Shown here: positions 28,996-38,617 of the stretch, piece after piece
How positions within the stretch are numbered: the first letter of the stretch is position 1
How the letters are laid out: every line of letters starts with the position of its first letter
Assembly (NCBI GenBank): GCA_963838265.1
Contig: CAWIQN010000009.1
Location: 220,487 to 284,486 of the forward strand
Reading direction: 5' to 3'
DNA from: an uncultured Acidobacteriota bacterium
GTDB taxonomy: Bacteria > Acidobacteriota > Terriglobia > Acidiferrales > UBA7541
DNA: 64,000 nucleotides
Position numbers and translations under genes: made by a program
The notes under the pieces: generated by a model
Databases searched by the model: none
Seen by the model: only the letters and a program-made list of their open reading frames with translations
What the model was told of the DNA's origin: nothing

Positions 28996-29412
28996 ATGGC
29001 GGAAAATGACGCGGGATTGATGCACGGACACGCTACGGAACGGCGGATCGCTTGGCTTACCTTGGCGATGGGATTGGCGTTCGGATGTGCGGCACTGGCA
29101 CTGCACCGTCGCGATTGGGTCGCTGGGCTGATTCTTGGCGCGACGCTGGCGTGGTTTAATTTCCGGTGGCTGGCCCGCGGGTTAGACGCGCTGGTCAGCA
29201 GTTCGACCGCGCAAGAAGGCCGTCCGAAGCCGCAAGTGCCGCTGAGCACGTACTTTATCGGGCTGTTTCGCTACAGCTTGATAGGCCTGTGCGTGTATGT
29301 TATTTTTACTTATCTGCACGTTCCCCTTGGTAGCTTGATTGTGGGGTTGTGTGCGCTGGGAGCCGCGGCAATCGCGGCCAGTGTGTACGAAATTTTGCGT
29401 CCCACAGCTTAG
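28996..29412 (+). CDS. atpI: ATP synthase subunit I-like protein
   Basis: Four hydrophobic segments; position between atpZ and atpB. Confidence 0.75.
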   Translation: MAENDAGLMHGHATERRIAWLTLAMGLAFGCAALALHRRDWVAGLILGATLAWFNFRWLARGLDALVSSSTAQEGRPKPQVPLSTYFIGLFRYSLIGLCVYVIFTYLHVPLGSLIVGLCALGAAAIAASVYEILRPTA

Positions 29413-29447
29413 AACGCGGACGCCGCTCGGGTGGAGTTACTCAATCG

Positions 29448-30278
29448 ATGGAACATCACGTAAGCTGGGTCACGGAAATATTTAATCGCTATTTTGGCGG
29501 ATTGGCGCTGTCGCTGCTTGCGGCGCTGCATGTTCAGCCAAGCGATCCTGCGGTGCCCATTCCGCAACACGTGGTGATGGCCATTCTGGTGCTCTTGTTT
29601 TGCACGCTGCTGGCGCTGATTTTGCGCACGCAGCTTTCCGTCGAGAAACCGGGCTCCTTGCAGCAGATTGCGGAGGGGCTGATCACCAACCCACTTGGAT
29701 TTGGCATCCGCGATTTGCTGGAAGAAAATGCCGGCCACGATGGATTGAAATATGTGCCGTGGGTGGGCTCGACGGCGATCTTTATTCTGGTGGGCAACCT
29801 CTTCGGGGCGTTTCCGTTTTTCAGCGCGCCCACCGGCGTGGTGGCCGTACCGCTCTCGTGCGCGGTACTGACGTTTCTCTATTTCAATTATCAGGGCGCG
29901 CGGCATCACGGCGTGCTTGGCTATCTGAAGACGTTTGCCGGTTCACCGAAGACTGCGGGAGAATGGGCGTTGGCGCTGCTGCTGTTCCCGGTGGAAATCA
30001 TTAGCACCTGTGCGCGTCTCATGTCCCTGACGGTCCGTCTCTGGGCCAACATGTTTGCCAGCGACTTGATCTATGTGATTTTCCTGGGCATCTTGAGCGG
30101 GGCGGCGGCGTTTGGATGGTCCAAGTCGCCGGTCGCGGGCGTGATTGTGGGTATTTTCCCGGCGTTGTTTCCCGTCGCGCTGATCGCGTTGCACATTTTC
30201 GTTTCCGTGGTGCAGGCCTACGTCTTCACGGTGTTGCCCGCGGTATACATTGGGATGGCCACAGCGGACGATCACTGA
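29448..30278 (+). CDS. atpB: F0F1 ATP synthase subunit a
   Basis: SLTVRLWANMFA (essential Arg), VQAYVFTVL..YIG. Confidence 0.92.
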   Translation: MEHHVSWVTEIFNRYFGGLALSLLAALHVQPSDPAVPIPQHVVMAILVLLFCTLLALILRTQLSVEKPGSLQQIAEGLITNPLGFGIRDLLEENAGHDGLKYVPWVGSTAIFILVGNLFGAFPFFSAPTGVVAVPLSCAVLTFLYFNYQGARHHGVLGYLKTFAGSPKTAGEWALALLLFPVEIISTCARLMSLTVRLWANMFASDLIYVIFLGILSGAAAFGWSKSPVAGVIVGIFPALFPVALIALHIFVSVVQAYVFTVLPAVYIGMATADDH

Positions 30279-30438
30279 TCGCCCGCTGTGCGGCGGCAAT
30301 CCAGGTTTAAGACTCGCGAAATTCTTGCTATGAAAAGTTTGCCGGACGCGGTTGGCCGGCAATGTGCTGCTTCAGTGTGAGCCCGGCTGCACGGTGTCCG
30401 GGAACCACCTCCTGGCGGCAATTTATAAGGAGGCAGTG

Positions 30439-30753
30439 ATGAAGAAGTTGCTGGTAGTACTGACGTCCCTCGTGGGCGTGTTGATGGTGGCGCCTGCGGC
30501 GTTTGCGCAAGGCGCAGATGCGGCGGCAGGCGGTGGCGGCAAAGGCCTGACGGCGTTGGCAGTGGCGATCGGTATGGGCGCGGCAGCGTTTGGCTGCGGC
30601 CTCGGACAGGGCCGCATCGCGTCGGCGGCTTGCGAAGGGATGGCACGCAATCCTGGAGCGGCAGGACCGATTCGCGCAGCGATGATTCTGGGCCTGGTAT
30701 TCGTCGAGACGCTGGTGCTGTTCACGCTGGCGATGATGTATCTGAAGTCGTAG
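30439..30753 (+). CDS. atpE: F0F1 ATP synthase subunit c (the ORF track labels it minus, but it reads on the PLUS strand)
   Basis: The plus strand at 30439 reads ATG AAG AAG TTG after AAGGAGG. GxGxGxG stretch, ARNP loop, ion-binding E in FVETL. Confidence 0.93.
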   Translation: MKKLLVVLTSLVGVLMVAPAAFAQGADAAAGGGGKGLTALAVAIGMGAAAFGCGLGQGRIASAACEGMARNPGAAGPIRAAMILGLVFVETLVLFTLAMMYLKS

Positions 30754-30774
30754 ATTTTTTTGGATGGAATTATG

Positions 30775-30811
30775 AAGGCCCGGGAGCTTCGCTTTCGGGC
30801 CTTTTCTTTTT
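30775..30811 (+). terminator. Rho-independent terminator after atpE
   Basis: AAGGCCCGGGAG-cttcg-CTTTCGGGCCTT followed by TTCTTTTT. Confidence 0.8.
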
Positions 30812-30869
30812 GGGTGCTCTTCACGTGGTGAGTTAGCAAGCTGAAATTCGCGTCGTGAGAGAATGAGCA

Positions 30870-31469
30870 ATGCCGTCCATCAAAGATCACGAGTCGTCGC
30901 TGGTCAAGCAGTTCATTGCCAGCTTCGAGAAGCTAGACGAAATGCGCGCCAGCGAGATCCTCGATCCAGTCGCTTGGCAACTCACGGATGGCGAATGCGA
31001 CAAATACGGATACAAGAGATGGCGTCCGGCCAATTCGATGACCGATCGCGCGGAACTGGAAACCCTTTATGCAAAGCTTCCTGCCCGGTTTCCGCCGCTC
31101 TATGAACGACTGGTTCTTTCGTACCGATGGGCTGAAGTAGACTTGTAGCTCTTCAGTTTGCTCGCGAATCCTCCCGGACCGAATCTAACAGATCTATTGC
31201 ATGAGATGTCGAAGGACCAGTTTCTCTGGAACGCTCTTCTTGAGAAGGGATTCGTGCGATTTGGCAAAGGCGCCGATTTTGATTACAACCCAGTTTGTTT
31301 TGATCTTAGCGCGCGCCGTAAAAACGGAGATTTTCGCGTCGTCAAGATCGATCACGAAGAGATTTTATGCAACCGCAGGGTAAAGATTGTCGGAGAACTA
31401 GCGGCAAGCTTTGAAAAGCTGGTGATGCTCACGATTGAAGCGGGCGAGCGCAAAAATGCTAAGGACTAG
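30870..31469 (+). pseudogene. SMI1/KNR4 (SUKH)-like protein interrupted by an in-frame TAG at 31146-31148
   Basis: The two track ORFs are in the same frame (..AEVDL*LFSLLANPPG..). LPARFPPLY, YNPVCFD and ELAASF patterns fit SUKH-like proteins. Confidence 0.6.
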
Positions 31470-32950
31470 CGGAGGCCGCCAATTAGTGTGGGTTGCAGGA
31501 TGAAGTTGAGGACTTGATTGGGGGCGACGCCGAGCCAGACGGTGCCGAGGGCGGTGAATAGCAAGACCAGGACTACGGTGATGGGGAAGCGGACTAGCGG
31601 GGCGGCGGCCATTTCGGCGCTGGGTTCGCGCATGTACATGACTACGATTACGCGGAAATAGTAGTAGGCGCCGATTACGCTGTTGACGGCCATGATTACG
31701 GCTAGCCAGATCAGGTGAGACTCTACCGCGGCTTTGAAGATGTACAACTTGCCGAAGAAGCCCGCGGTAATGGGCAGGCCCAGCAGCGAAAGCAGGAACA
31801 GGCTGAGCGTGGCAGCGACCCAGGGCTGGCGCTGGCCGAGGCCGGCGTAGTCGTCGATGGAGAGATGCTTTTCGCCGGCGCCGCCGATTTGCGAAACGAT
31901 GGTGAATGCGCCGATTTTTACCAGCGCGTAGCTCACGAGATAGAAGAGCACTGCGGCGTAGGCGGGACCGGCGCTGCCGTTGAGATCCGAGGTCATGTAC
32001 GTTACCGCGGCAAAGGCCACGAGAATGTATCCGGCGTGGGCGATGGAGCTGTACGCCAGCATCCGTTTTAGATTGGTCTGCACCAGAGCGCCGAGATTGC
32101 CGGCGAACATGGTGAGTACGGCGAGAATCCAGAAGGCCCAGAACCACAAATGCGTGGCGGCGGGGACGGTGGCGAAGATGCGCAGCATCAGCGCGAAGGC
32201 TCCGGCCTTCGGGCCTGCGGAGAAGAGCGCTGTTACCGGTGTTGGCGCGCCTTCGTAAACGTCGGGCGTCCAAATCTGAAACGGGGCAGCGGCCACTTTG
32301 AAGCACAGCCCGATCAGGATCATCGCCAGGCCCAGTTTCAGGAGATTGCTTTGCGGGTCGCCGGCGCCCATCTGGTTCAGCAGGGTGGTGCCGGTGGCGC
32401 CGTAGACCATGGCGATGCCGTACAAAAAGAATGCGGTGGCGAAAGAGCCCAGCAGAAAATATTTCATGGCCGATTCGCCGGATTTCAGCGACTCGCGGCG
32501 ATATCCCGCCAGGACGTAGCTGGCGATGGAGCTCATTTCGAGGCCGACGAAGGCGGTGAGCAGTTCCTGCGCGCCGGCTAGAACGCCCATGCCAGCGGTG
32601 GCGAAGAGCAGGAGCGCGTAAAATTCCGCCGCTGGTAAGTTCTCACGTTCGAGATAAGGGTCCGCGGCTAAAACTACCAGGGCCGCAACGGTGCCGACCA
32701 GCAGGTGAAAAAATACGCTGAAAGCATCCGACTCGATCAGGCCATGAAAGCCCGGGCCAGCGAAGGCCCCAGAGATCACGGACAAGCCGGTGCCAAGCAG
32801 CGCCCCGGTCAGCGCCAGAAACGTGAAGAAATGGCGATTCTTGACGAAGGGCTGCAACAACATGATGAGCGTGCCGAATCCGCACCAGAGTACTTCTGGC
32901 AGAACGCGATAAAAATCTTCGGGAGTCGGAATTGCGGAGCTGGGAAGCAT
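31466..32950 (-). CDS. nuoN: NADH-quinone oxidoreductase subunit N
   Basis: LEMSS, ESAMKYFLLG, FKVAAAPF..WTPDVYEGAP, KRMLAYSSIAHAGY. Confidence 0.95.
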   Translation of the reverse strand: MLPSSAIPTPEDFYRVLPEVLWCGFGTLIMLLQPFVKNRHFFTFLALTGALLGTGLSVISGAFAGPGFHGLIESDAFSVFFHLLVGTVAALVVLAADPYLERENLPAAEFYALLLFATAGMGVLAGAQELLTAFVGLEMSSIASYVLAGYRRESLKSGESAMKYFLLGSFATAFFLYGIAMVYGATGTTLLNQMGAGDPQSNLLKLGLAMILIGLCFKVAAAPFQIWTPDVYEGAPTPVTALFSAGPKAGAFALMLRIFATVPAATHLWFWAFWILAVLTMFAGNLGALVQTNLKRMLAYSSIAHAGYILVAFAAVTYMTSDLNGSAGPAYAAVLFYLVSYALVKIGAFTIVSQIGGAGEKHLSIDDYAGLGQRQPWVAATLSLFLLSLLGLPITAGFFGKLYIFKAAVESHLIWLAVIMAVNSVIGAYYYFRVIVVMYMREPSAEMAAAPLVRFPITVVLVLLFTALGTVWLGVAPNQVLNFILQPTLIGGLR

Positions 32951-34549
32951 TTAGCGGAGCGCGCGCCTTTCCATGGAAATTTTCTTTACCAGTCCGGGCG
33001 CGAGCACGCTGGCATGCGCGCCGTTTGCCGGAGGTGCGGCCGCGGGAGCTGCGCCCTGGTAGAGGCGCTCTGGGTTTACCTGGTCGATGACGGTCTGTGA
33101 GGATACGGCGGTGCGGCGGGTGATGTACGCGGAGCCGACACCCATCCACAGCGTGACGATTGCCATGGTGACCAAAATCCAGCGTTCGCGAGCCGAAACA
33201 TCGGGCAGCGTCTTGTTTTTTTCGTGAGTAATCTCGCCAAAGAACACGCGTTGATAGGACCACAGCAGGTAGCACGCGGAGAGAATCACGCCCAGTGCAG
33301 CCCAGGAAGCCCATTGCCAGTGCGTCTGGTACGTGCCCAGCAGGATTAGATATTCGCCGACAAAGCCGTTCAGGATCGGCAGGCCGAGTGACGAAAGCGC
33401 GGCGAACAAAAAGAACGCGGCCAGCTTCGGCATGGGAGTGCCCAGGCCCCCGTACTCGCTAATTTCGAAGGTGTGCTTACGGTCGTAGAGCATGCCTACG
33501 AGCAAGAACAGCGCGCCGGTGGAAATGCCGTGCGCAAGCATCTGGTACACCGCGCCCTGCATGGAAATATTCTGGAAGGCGAAAATTCCCAGAACCACAA
33601 AGCCCAAGTGACTGACTGAAGAGTAGGCCACCAATTTCTTGAGATTGGGCTGCACCATGGCGACCAGCGCGCCGTAAATGATGCCGATGATGGCGAGCAC
33701 GGCGATGTAGGGCGCGGCGCGATGCGCGGAGTCCGGAAAGAGCGGCAGGCAGAAGCGCATCATGCCGTAGGTGCCCATTTTCAGCAGGATACCCGCGAGC
33801 ATTACCGAGCCGGCGGTGGGAGCTTCCACGTGCGCGTCGGGCAGCCAGGTGTGCAACGGGAAGAGCGGCACTTTGATGGCGAAGGCCACGAAGAACGCCA
33901 GGAACAAAAGCATTTCTCCGCGCTGATCGACAAGATTCAGATCGCTGGCGAGCACTTCTTGAATGTGCGGCAGATCAAATGAGCCAGTGGCGTGGTATAG
34001 CCAAACAATGCCCACCAGCATCAGGATCGAGCCGGCCATGGTGTAGATCACGAATTTCACGGCGGCGTAGATGCGGCGGTCGTGGCCCCAGATGCCGATC
34101 AGGAAGGCCATGGGAATGAGCATCACTTCCCAGAACAAAAAGAAGAGGAAGAGGTCCAGCGAAAGAAATACGCCGATCACGCCAACTTCCAGCATCAGCA
34201 TCATGATGAAAAACTCTTTAACGCGATGGTTGATGCTGGACCACGACGCCAGAATGGAAATAGGCGTCAGGAACGCGGTGAGAATCACCAGGAACATGCT
34301 CAGGCCGTCGACGCCAACGTGGTAGTTGATCGGTGGAATGCGTATCCAGCTGTAAGTTTCGCCGAGGGAGTAACCCTTGGCGCTGACTGGGACCTTCACG
34401 AGCAGCAACAGGGAAAAAATAAATTCAATCACCGAGATCAACATTGCGAAGCGGCGAATCCAGAGATGATCGTCGGCGCGCAACAGCAGCAGCGCAAGCG
34501 CACCCAGGGCGGGGAAGAAAATCAAGACGGTAAGGAGGCCGAAAGGCAT
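32951..34549 (-). CDS. nuoM: NADH-quinone oxidoreductase subunit M
   Basis: GVDGLS, FWEVMLIP, HTWLPDAHVEAPT, LKMGTYG, AYSSVSHLG. Start moved to 34549. Confidence 0.95.
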   Translation of the reverse strand: MPFGLLTVLIFFPALGALALLLLRADDHLWIRRFAMLISVIEFIFSLLLLVKVPVSAKGYSLGETYSWIRIPPINYHVGVDGLSMFLVILTAFLTPISILASWSSINHRVKEFFIMMLMLEVGVIGVFLSLDLFLFFLFWEVMLIPMAFLIGIWGHDRRIYAAVKFVIYTMAGSILMLVGIVWLYHATGSFDLPHIQEVLASDLNLVDQRGEMLLFLAFFVAFAIKVPLFPLHTWLPDAHVEAPTAGSVMLAGILLKMGTYGMMRFCLPLFPDSAHRAAPYIAVLAIIGIIYGALVAMVQPNLKKLVAYSSVSHLGFVVLGIFAFQNISMQGAVYQMLAHGISTGALFLLVGMLYDRKHTFEISEYGGLGTPMPKLAAFFLFAALSSLGLPILNGFVGEYLILLGTYQTHWQWASWAALGVILSACYLLWSYQRVFFGEITHEKNKTLPDVSARERWILVTMAIVTLWMGVGSAYITRRTAVSSQTVIDQVNPERLYQGAAPAAAPPANGAHASVLAPGLVKKISMERRALR

Positions 34550-36552
34550 TAGCGCACCATCCCGACGACTGGGGGCTGCAGGTGCACCCAGAACACCACG
34601 GCGATCACCAAGATCGCGCCGACCACCACCCACACGGCGTAGCTGCGTGTGTTACCGGATTGCGTGTGGCGGCTGGCGTCGCCGACGGCGCTGGCGCCAT
34701 GCGCGAGGCCGTTGACGGCGCCGTCGATGATCTCCACGTCCACAACTTTCCAGAGCACGTTACGCGAAATCCATAGGAGCGGCCCAACGATCACGGCGGC
34801 GTAGAGTTCGTCCACGTAATATTTGTGCAGCAGCGTGGTGTAGACACCGCCCAGAGATTTGGCAATGCTCGCGGGCTTGCCGGGCTGCTTCAGATACAGC
34901 CAATACGCTACAACCAAGCCGAGTAACGCAGAGAAAACCGCCACGCCCACGAGGAGCCATTCCATGGAATGCTCGGCTACGCCATCAATCACTTCCGGAA
35001 TTTCTAGTTGTCCGATCACCGGGTTGAGGAAGGCGCGGAAGGAATCCACGCCGCCAAAAAGTTGCGGGGCCGCGAGCCATCCACCGACGATCGACAGCAG
35101 CGCGAGAATCACCAGCGGGCCGAGCATGCTCCAGGGAGACTCGTGCACGTGCACGTGATGCTCGTCGTAACGCTCCTTGCCGAAGAACGTCAGGAACACC
35201 AGCCGGAACATGTAAAAGGAGGTCATCAGTGCGGTAAACAGTCCCAGGCCGTACAAAACGTGGCCACCATTCGGATTGATGTATGCGCCTAGCAGGATGG
35301 CGTCCTTGCTGAAAAAGCCTGCAAAGGGCGGAATGCCGGCAATCGCGATCGTGGCCGTCAGCATGGTGGCAAAGGTCCACTTAATTTTTGTGCGCAGGCC
35401 ACCCATCTTCATCATGTCTTGCTCGCCGCCCATGGCGTGGATCACGCTGCCGGCGGAAAGAAATAGCAGGGCTTTGAAGAAGGCGTGGGTCATTAGATGG
35501 AAAATGCCCGCGGAAAATGCGCCGACGCCGCAGCCCAGAAACATGTAGCCGAGCTGGCTGACAGTCGAATACGCCAGAACTTTCTTGATGTCGGTTTGCA
35601 CCAGACCGATGGTCGCCGCGAAAAATGCCGTGGCGCAGCCGACGACGGCCACTACCGTCATGGCCGTGGTCGAATGGAGAAACAAAATATTCGAGCGCGC
35701 CACTACGTAGACTCCTGCGGTGACCATGGTGGCCGCGTGAATCAACGCGCTGACTGGAGTGGGGCCTTCCATGGCGTCCGGCAGCCACACATATAGAGGA
35801 AGTTGTGCGGACTTTCCGCAGGCGCCCATGAATAGCAGCAAGCAAGCTACGGTGAAGGTGCCGAAATATCCCCAAGGCTCGTGCGGCCAGTTTAGCTGGC
35901 TGACTCTGGCGAAGAGCGTTGCGAAATCCAGGGTCTTGAAGGTGCGGAATAGCAAAAACATGCCGAGCATGAAGCCGAAGTCGCCGATGCGGTTGACGAT
36001 GAAAGCTTTCTTGCCCGCGTTGGCCGCCGAATTCCTGAGAAAATAAAAACCGATGAGCAAATAGCTGGCGAGCCCGACGCCTTCCCATCCGACAAACAGC
36101 AGGACGTAGTTGGCGGCCAAGATGAGAATCAGCATGAAAAACATGAACAGGTTCAGGTAGGAAAAGAAGCGGTAGTAACCGCTTTCGTGCGCCATGTAGC
36201 CGGTGGAATAAATGTGAATCAGGAAGCCCACGCCGGTTACGACCATCAGCATTACGACGGTGAGCTGGTCCATCTGCAGATCGAAGCCCGCGCGGAAAAG
36301 CGAGCCGCCGTGGACCAAATCCGGAATCACGATCCAATCAAAATATTCCTTATGAACGAGGGCCTGACCGTTCGCGAAAAACTCGCGCACCGCTTCGAGC
36401 GCGCAGGCGAAAGAGAGTCCCGTGGCGCCCAGCGCCACGGTGTTTACAACTTTATTTGGCCACTTTGCCCCAAGCAAACCGTTGATCGCCGAACCGAGCA
36501 GCGGCAGCAGCAGGATAATCCACAGATAATCGAGCATGGGATAATTGGACAT
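34549..36552 (-). CDS. nuoL: NADH-quinone oxidoreductase subunit L
   Basis: GWEGVG, NRIGD, WLPDAMEGPTPVSALIHAATMV, THAFFKALLFL. Confidence 0.96.
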   Translation of the reverse strand: MSNYPMLDYLWIILLLPLLGSAINGLLGAKWPNKVVNTVALGATGLSFACALEAVREFFANGQALVHKEYFDWIVIPDLVHGGSLFRAGFDLQMDQLTVVMLMVVTGVGFLIHIYSTGYMAHESGYYRFFSYLNLFMFFMLILILAANYVLLFVGWEGVGLASYLLIGFYFLRNSAANAGKKAFIVNRIGDFGFMLGMFLLFRTFKTLDFATLFARVSQLNWPHEPWGYFGTFTVACLLLFMGACGKSAQLPLYVWLPDAMEGPTPVSALIHAATMVTAGVYVVARSNILFLHSTTAMTVVAVVGCATAFFAATIGLVQTDIKKVLAYSTVSQLGYMFLGCGVGAFSAGIFHLMTHAFFKALLFLSAGSVIHAMGGEQDMMKMGGLRTKIKWTFATMLTATIAIAGIPPFAGFFSKDAILLGAYINPNGGHVLYGLGLFTALMTSFYMFRLVFLTFFGKERYDEHHVHVHESPWSMLGPLVILALLSIVGGWLAAPQLFGGVDSFRAFLNPVIGQLEIPEVIDGVAEHSMEWLLVGVAVFSALLGLVVAYWLYLKQPGKPASIAKSLGGVYTTLLHKYYVDELYAAVIVGPLLWISRNVLWKVVDVEIIDGAVNGLAHGASAVGDASRHTQSGNTRSYAVWVVVGAILVIAVVFWVHLQPPVVGMVR

Positions 36553-36854
36553 TAGAGTTTGAGCAGGTCCACGCGTTCCACGTTGAGCGATTGCCGGTTG
36601 CGCGCAATCAAGATAATGATGCCGAGCCCGACGGCGGCTTCAGCGGCAGCCACGATAATCACAAACAGCACGAAAATCTGGCCGTCCAGCTTTCCGGTTC
36701 GCTGGCTGAAGGCCACAAAAGCCAGATTCACCGCGTTCAGCATCAGTTCGATGGACATGAAAATGGTGATGATGTTGCGCTTGAAAATAAACGCCAGGAC
36801 ACCCAAGCCGAAGAGCACGGCGCTAAGCGCCACATAGTAAGTCGTGGGAACCAT
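36552..36854 (-). CDS. nuoK: NADH-quinone oxidoreductase subunit K
   Basis: MSIELMLNAVN, AAAEAAVGL. Confidence 0.95.
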   Translation of the reverse strand: MVPTTYYVALSAVLFGLGVLAFIFKRNIITIFMSIELMLNAVNLAFVAFSQRTGKLDGQIFVLFVIIVAAAEAAVGLGIIILIARNRQSLNVERVDLLKL

Positions 36855-36857
36855 TCT

Positions 36858-37373
36858 CTAATTCTCCCGATGCGCCAGAACGATGGCGCCCAGAATAGCG
36901 ATCAAGATCAGAATCGATGTCAGCTCAAAGGGATAGGCGAAATTCTTAAAAATCATGCTGGAAAGTTCGCGCGTGGAAGAAAGCGTGCCAGGAATTTTTC
37001 CGGTGTCGCCGGCCACCTGCACGAAAAGTCCCGCGGAGCGCGCCACCGTGGCGGCCACGAATCCGGTGAGCGCCAATGCCAGCAAAATTCCGGGGAAGCC
37101 CGCCATCTTGGAGATGCTGGTGTGCTCTTCGAGCCCGGCGTTCAGGAGCATGATCACAAAAACGAACAGCACCATGATCGCGCCGCCATAAACGATGATC
37201 TGCACCGCGGCCACAAATTCCGCGCCCATTAACAGGTATAGGCCCGCCAACGCCACCATCACGACGATTAAAGAAAGCGCGCTGTGAATGGGATGCTTCT
37301 GAAAAATCAGGCTCAGCGCGCCGATGACGGACAGCGCCGCAAGGATAAAAAATACCAGTAGTTGCGCGCTCAC
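36858..37373 (-). CDS. nuoJ: NADH-quinone oxidoreductase subunit J
   Basis: AEFVAAVQIIVYGGAIMVLFVFVIMLL, PFELTS. Confidence 0.95.
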   Translation of the reverse strand: MSAQLLVFFILAALSVIGALSLIFQKHPIHSALSLIVVMVALAGLYLLMGAEFVAAVQIIVYGGAIMVLFVFVIMLLNAGLEEHTSISKMAGFPGILLALALTGFVAATVARSAGLFVQVAGDTGKIPGTLSSTRELSSMIFKNFAYPFELTSILILIAILGAIVLAHREN

Positions 37374-38617
37374 GGGTTACTCCGCAGCAGAACAAAGAAA
37401 GCCGTCAGTACCACGTTGGCGATGGAGACGGGAAGCAAAAGCTTCCAGCCAAAGGCCATCAGTTGGTCGTAGCGGAAACGCGGCAGCGTTCCGCGCATCC
37501 ACACGTACACGAACAGGAATACGAGGATTTTGCCGAGCAACCAGAACGGTCCTTGAATAAAAACGTTTACGAATTGCAATTGCGGCAGCGCCAGCACTAA
37601 ACCGATTAGCGTTACCACCGTGCCGATGCCGGGGAGAATCAACCGGCCCCAAATTGTCTCGTAACGAATGCCATCCCAAATCACCCACAAGCCGGAGGGA
37701 ATCAGCAGCAGCGACGGCAGATAGTACGTGAAGGTCCAGGAGTGCGGAAAAGGAGACAGCCAGCCGCCAAAAAACAAAATCGAGCACAAGCATGAAACGG
37801 TGATCATGCTGGTGTATTCCGCGATGAAAAACATGGCGAACTTAAAGCTGGAATACTCAGTATGAAAACCGGCGACGAGTTCCGATTCCGCTTCCGCCAG
37901 ATCGAAGGGCACGCGATTGGTCTCCGCGATGGCTGCCACAAAAAAGCAGAAGAAGCCGAGTATCTGCGGAAACGGCCCGGAGAAAATGTTCCAGCCCAAA
38001 ATCCCCACGCCCCAGGCGGGATGCGATTGGGCGTTAATAATCTCGGTGAGATTAAAACTGTTGGCCATGAGCAGCACGCCGACGACCGACAGCGTCAGCG
38101 CCAGTTCGTAACTGATCATCTGCGCCGAACTGCGCAAGCTTCCCAGCAGCGGGTACTTGCTGTTGGAGGACCAGCCTGCCAGCGCCACGCCATACACGCC
38201 GAGCGCGGTAATCGCGAACAATACCAGCAAACCGATGCTGGGATTGGCGATGTACAAATACACCTGGTGGCCCAAAACCTTGATTGGATCCGGACCAAAC
38301 GGAATCACCGCAATGGAGGTCAGCGCCAGCCCCAGCGCCAGCAGCGGCGCCAGGAAATATACAAATTTATCCACGCCGGCCGGCGTCGGATCTTCCTTCA
38401 GCAAAAATTTCGCGCCATCGGCCAGTGGCTGCAGCAAACCATGCGGACCCACGCGATGCGGCCCCCAACGCGACTGCATGTGTGCCACCACCTTGCGCTC
38501 GAACCACGTCAAATACGCGTTGACGGTGAGCACAATGAACAACAGCAACGCGATTTTAATCAACGTGATGATGATTTCGGCGTGGGCCGATATGGAACTT
38601 AAAACGAAGTCGATCAC
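37370..38617 (-). CDS. nuoH: NADH-quinone oxidoreductase subunit H
   Basis: ERKV..RWGP, QPLADGAK, AETNRVPFDL, GFHTEYS, PRFRYDQL. Confidence 0.96.
   Translation of the reverse strand: MIDFVLSSISAHAEIIITLIKIALLLFIVLTVNAYLTWFERKVVAHMQSRWGPHRVGPHGLLQPLADGAKFLLKEDPTPAGVDKFVYFLAPLLALGLALTSIAVIPFGPDPIKVLGHQVYLYIANPSIGLLVLFAITALGVYGVALAGWSSNSKYPLLGSLRSSAQMISYELALTLSVVGVLLMANSFNLTEIINAQSHPAWGVGILGWNIFSGPFPQILGFFCFFVAAIAETNRVPFDLAEAESELVAGFHTEYSSFKFAMFFIAEYTSMITVSCLCSILFFGGWLSPFPHSWTFTYYLPSLLLIPSGLWVIWDGIRYETIWGRLILPGIGTVVTLIGLVLALPQLQFVNVFIQGPFWLLGKILVFLFVYVWMRGTLPRFRYDQLMAFGWKLLLPVSIANVVLTAFFVLLRSNP

Noticed and set aside
30352-30753. ORF track labels the atpE ORF as minus strand
   Set aside because: The sequence at 30352 and 30439 translates to that protein on the plus strand, behind an AAGGAGG RBS and in line with atpB. 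It was annotated as plus.
31146-31148. Amber read-through or recoding (pyrrolysine, alternative code)
   Set aside because: TAG terminates several clear genes here (e.g. atpE, SYLF, proC) and no pyl genes are visible.
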